The notes beneath the pieces are model-generated. The model saw only the letters and a list, made by a program, of their open reading frames with translations. It ran no database searches and was not told the DNA's origin. This document shows, piece after piece, positions 61,051 through 64,000 of a stretch of 64,000 nucleotides of DNA; positions within the stretch are counted from its first letter, which is position 1; the number at the start of each line of letters is the position of its first letter. Location: contig OZ242383.1 of the NCBI GenBank assembly GCA_965209155.1, positions 3,872,001 through 3,936,000 on the forward strand, given 5' to 3'. Source of the DNA: a bacterium (GTDB lineage: Bacteria; SAR324; NAC60-12). The position numbers and the translations under genes were made by a program.

Positions 61051-62475
61051 TCAATTTTCCCGTTCTTGTTTGGACATTTTTTGTTTGATTCCCATGATCT
61101 GAGTCTTGGAAAGTTTGGGAAGAGTTTGGGATTGCGTGATTCCAAGGGCTTTTTCCTGAGCTTTGCGCCATCGGAGAAGTCGTTCTGTGATGGTGGCTTC
61201 GTGTCCTTCACTGGTAGGTCTGTAGAAATAGGTTCCCATCAATTCATCGGGTAGGTATTGCTGTCCGATATGATGTTGAGGGAATTCATGAGGATAAATA
61301 TAATTTTCACCATGTCCCAATGCGTCCCTGTCCCGGTTGGCATCTTTCAAGTGAGCGGGAACCTCCACTCGTCCTTCTTTTTCGATTTGCTCATAGGCGG
61401 TAAAATACGCACCAGTGCTGTTGGATTTAGGAGCAGTGGCCAGATAAATCGTGGCCTCCACGATGGGGTATATACCCTCGGGAAGGCCCACGTATTCGAA
61501 ACTTTGAGCTGCCGCATTTGCCAGCACCAATCCCATAGGAGCAGCCAATCCCACATCCTCTCCGGCAAGAATCAAAAGCCGTCGCAAAATAAAACGAGGA
61601 CTTTCGCCTGCATAAATCATTTTAGCCAACCAGTACAATGCCGCATCCGGGTCGGAACCCCTGATTGATTTGATGAAAGCGCTTATGGTGTCGTAATGCG
61701 CATCACCATCTTTGTCGTAAAGCAAAGCGCGTCGCTGAATGGATTCCTGGGCTATTTCCAAATTTATATGAATGACCCCATCCTGCCGGACCGGGGTGGA
61801 CTCGACTGCGAGTTCCAAGGCATTCAATGCATTTCGGGCATCTCCTCCGGCAACTTGAATTAAATGCGTCAGCGCATCTTGATCCAATTGTATCTTTCTC
61901 TTACCATATCCTCGTTCCGTATCGGAGAGCGCGTGTTGCAGAATCTGTCTCACCTCCTGATCAAAGAGGCTCTTCAGTTGAAAGATCCGGGAACGCGAAA
62001 CCAGCGCGGCATTGACTTCAAAGTAGGGATTTTCGGTGGTGGCTCCTATGAGAGTAATCAAGCCTTCTTCCACATATGGCAACAAGGCATCTTGCTGAGC
62101 TTTGTTCCATCGGTGAACTTCATCGACAAACAAAAGCGTATGTCGTTCATGGAACTTGAAGCGCTCTGCTGCTTCATCAAAGACTTTCCGCAAATCCGCT
62201 TTACCGGAAAGCACGGCACTGATCAATTGGAAATGAGAGCGTGTGGTATTGGCAATAATGTGAGCCAAAGTCGTTTTCCCGGAACCTGGAGGTCCCCAGA
62301 GAATGATGGAAGAAAAAAGACGGTCACTTTCAATTGCCCTGCGCAGTAAACGTCCTGGACCTATAATGGCATTCTGTCCGACTAATTCATCCAGAGTTCG
62401 TGGACGAAGTCTTGCCGCTAAAGGTATTCTCTCGGCTGCATGATTTTCAACTGCATGATCAAAAAGATCCATCAT
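61051..62475 (-). CDS. rarA: Replication-associated recombination protein A (MgsA/RarA AAA+ ATPase)
   Basis: PLAARLRP, WGPPGSGKTT, DEVHRWNKAQQD, GATTENP, SAFIKSIRGSDPD. Confidence 0.95.
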   Translation of the reverse strand: MMDLFDHAVENHAAERIPLAARLRPRTLDELVGQNAIIGPGRLLRRAIESDRLFSSIILWGPPGSGKTTLAHIIANTTRSHFQLISAVLSGKADLRKVFDEAAERFKFHERHTLLFVDEVHRWNKAQQDALLPYVEEGLITLIGATTENPYFEVNAALVSRSRIFQLKSLFDQEVRQILQHALSDTERGYGKRKIQLDQDALTHLIQVAGGDARNALNALELAVESTPVRQDGVIHINLEIAQESIQRRALLYDKDGDAHYDTISAFIKSIRGSDPDAALYWLAKMIYAGESPRFILRRLLILAGEDVGLAAPMGLVLANAAAQSFEYVGLPEGIYPIVEATIYLATAPKSNSTGAYFTAYEQIEKEGRVEVPAHLKDANRDRDALGHGENYIYPHEFPQHHIGQQYLPDELMGTYFYRPTSEGHEATITERLLRWRKAQEKALGITQSQTLPKLSKTQIMGIKQKMSKQEREN

Positions 62476-62892
62476 GGCTCAAGTGCGTGTATTTTGCGAC
62501 TTCAATCATATAAAAATCTTTGCGACTTCAATCACTGCTTAATCAACACAATATATCATATTCTCAACGAAGTCAAAATGAGAAAAAAGATTTAGTGGAT
62601 ATTTAGTATTTTTTTAGCCCTTTCTTTGCATTCTCGCTAGTGAATGATTCTTTTAGGAGGAGTTTGTTCAAGCGGGTCTTTGCTTTTCTAAGCTTTTTTG
62701 GAATTCGTTTGCCTTGAGAAGGTGGGTGAAGAGCTGCTCGCTTTCCAGGCTATTGGCCTGAATGTTTTCTGACAAAAACTCAGGAGGGATGGATTGGTTT
62801 TTATTTGGTTTCAAAATCGATTTCCTTTCTTTATTTATTGCGTTTCTAATGAGTCGGTCTCTTTTTCGGAGAAGCCATGGGAGGCAAGCGGA

Positions 62893-63111
62893 TTATTCTT
62901 TGTTAGCAGCCAATGTCAACCCTGCAATGAAATGTTTCTGCATGAGAAAGAACATGATCACTATGGGGGGATAGGCAATCGCTTCGTCCATGCCTTTCAC
63001 CGTCCACCGCTCCCGGACTTCAAAGCCGAGGATTCCGCAGTAGAAATCGAGGAATCTTTCGGAATCGGCCGTTGCTAATCCGATGTGATCCAATCGTTTG
63101 AACTTGAACAT
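62893..63111 (-). pseudogene. Chimeric ORF: VOC/glyoxalase N-terminus fused to a sugar ABC permease C-terminus
   Basis: RLDHIGLAT..FYCGILGF then PIVIMFFLMQKHFIAGLTLAANKE; RBS AGGAGG. Confidence 0.6.
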
Positions 63112-63159
63112 TGCTCACCTCCTAAATATGATCAAAAAAGAAAAACCAGCAGAAATTCT

Positions 63160-64000
63160 TTAATATTTGAAAGGACTGATCAGTCGGGCCAGGAGGCTTC
63201 GTTTGCGTTTCCCTGCAGCGCCGTAACTTCCCTGTCCGCCCCGTAGCCGGGGGTCGAGCAGATCGCGCATGGCATCCCCGAACATGTTGAAGGAGTAGAC
63301 GGTAATCGTCAGGCAGAGCCCGGGCCAGAGTGCCAGCCAGGGCGCCTGCTCCATGAACCTGCGCCCTTCCCGGCTGAGCATCCCTCCCCAGCTGGGTATC
63401 TGGGCCGGCAGACCGAATCCGAGGAAGCTCAGGGAGGCCTCGGAAATAATCACCCCCCCGATGTTGATGCTGAAGATGATGATGACAGGCGCCATAATAT
63501 TGGGCAGGACATGGCGTAACAGGATTAGGCTCGTGGGGGTGCCCACAGCCCTGGCTGCCAGAAAATAGTCATTCTCTTTAACACCGATAACGGCGCTTCT
63601 GACTATTCTTGAAGCGGCGATGCCTCCGGCGATCCCCAGGACCACGATGATCTGCGGCAAACCACGCCCCACAATGGACATGATGGTTAACAAGATGAGC
63701 AGTCCCGGGAAGGCCATCCAGGCATCGACAAGTCTTTGCATAACCAGGTCAAATTTGCCACCAATGAATCCTGAAATACCGCCTATCAGGACAGCAACGA
63801 CAACATTGAGTGCAGTCGCGGCCAGGCCGACCAGCATGGAAATGCGAGCCCCGACGATCAGGCGGCTCAAGAAGTCTCTACCCAACTGGTCGGTTCCCAG
63901 CAGATACCGGGCTGATGCGCCCTGCATCCTGTCTGCCGGGTGCGCTTCCCAATATGGATAAGGAGCCAGAACATTAGCAAAGATAGCCAACACAATAAAA
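63160..64000 (-). CDS. Opp/Dpp-type ABC permease (OppC family), 5-prime end outside the window
   Basis: LGTDQLGRD, HVLPN, LSFLGFG, GDAMRDLLDPR. Confidence 0.92.
   Translation of the reverse strand, partial: FIVLAIFANVLAPYPYWEAHPADRMQGASARYLLGTDQLGRDFLSRLIVGARISMLVGLAATALNVVVAVLIGGISGFIGGKFDLVMQRLVDAWMAFPGLLILLTIMSIVGRGLPQIIVVLGIAGGIAASRIVRSAVIGVKENDYFLAARAVGTPTSLILLRHVLPNIMAPVIIIFSINIGGVIISEASLSFLGFGLPAQIPSWGGMLSREGRRFMEQAPWLALWPGLCLTITVYSFNMFGDAMRDLLDPRLRGGQGSYGAAGKRKRSLLARLISPFKY

Overview
Bacterial chromosome window from a Gram-negative organism, probably a deltaproteobacterial/SAR324-like lineage (inferred from gene order and style, unverified). Bases 1-21.3 kb and ~57-64 kb are accessory and mosaic. 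They hold tandem PhyH-family Fe(II)/2-oxoglutarate dioxygenases, Opp/Dpp-type ABC transporter pieces, a small catabolic cluster, a fully resolvable nested pair of insertion sequences (ISNCY-type inside ISKra4-type), several toxin-antitoxin loci whose toxins are dead or missing, an IS1595 zinc-ribbon/pseudokinase fusion and many short gene scraps. The middle is core genome: an enlarged GlnD-like protein, oppBCD, leuCD, hisC, three tRNAs, htpG, ffh-rpsP-rimM-trmD-rplS-rnhB-yraN-rpsT, tolQR with a giant repeat-containing Pal-like lipoprotein, comEC and a four-carbon acid sugar kinase/PdxA cluster. The best hidden signal is a selenoprotein that the ORF track splits in two (23373..23906). It has an in-frame TGA in a U-G-S-C-T-S-C motif followed directly by a SECIS-like hairpin. 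It is translationally coupled to a thioredoxin-fused partner, and its active-site region resembles the glycine reductase selenoprotein GrdB. Family names come from motif recognition, not database searches.
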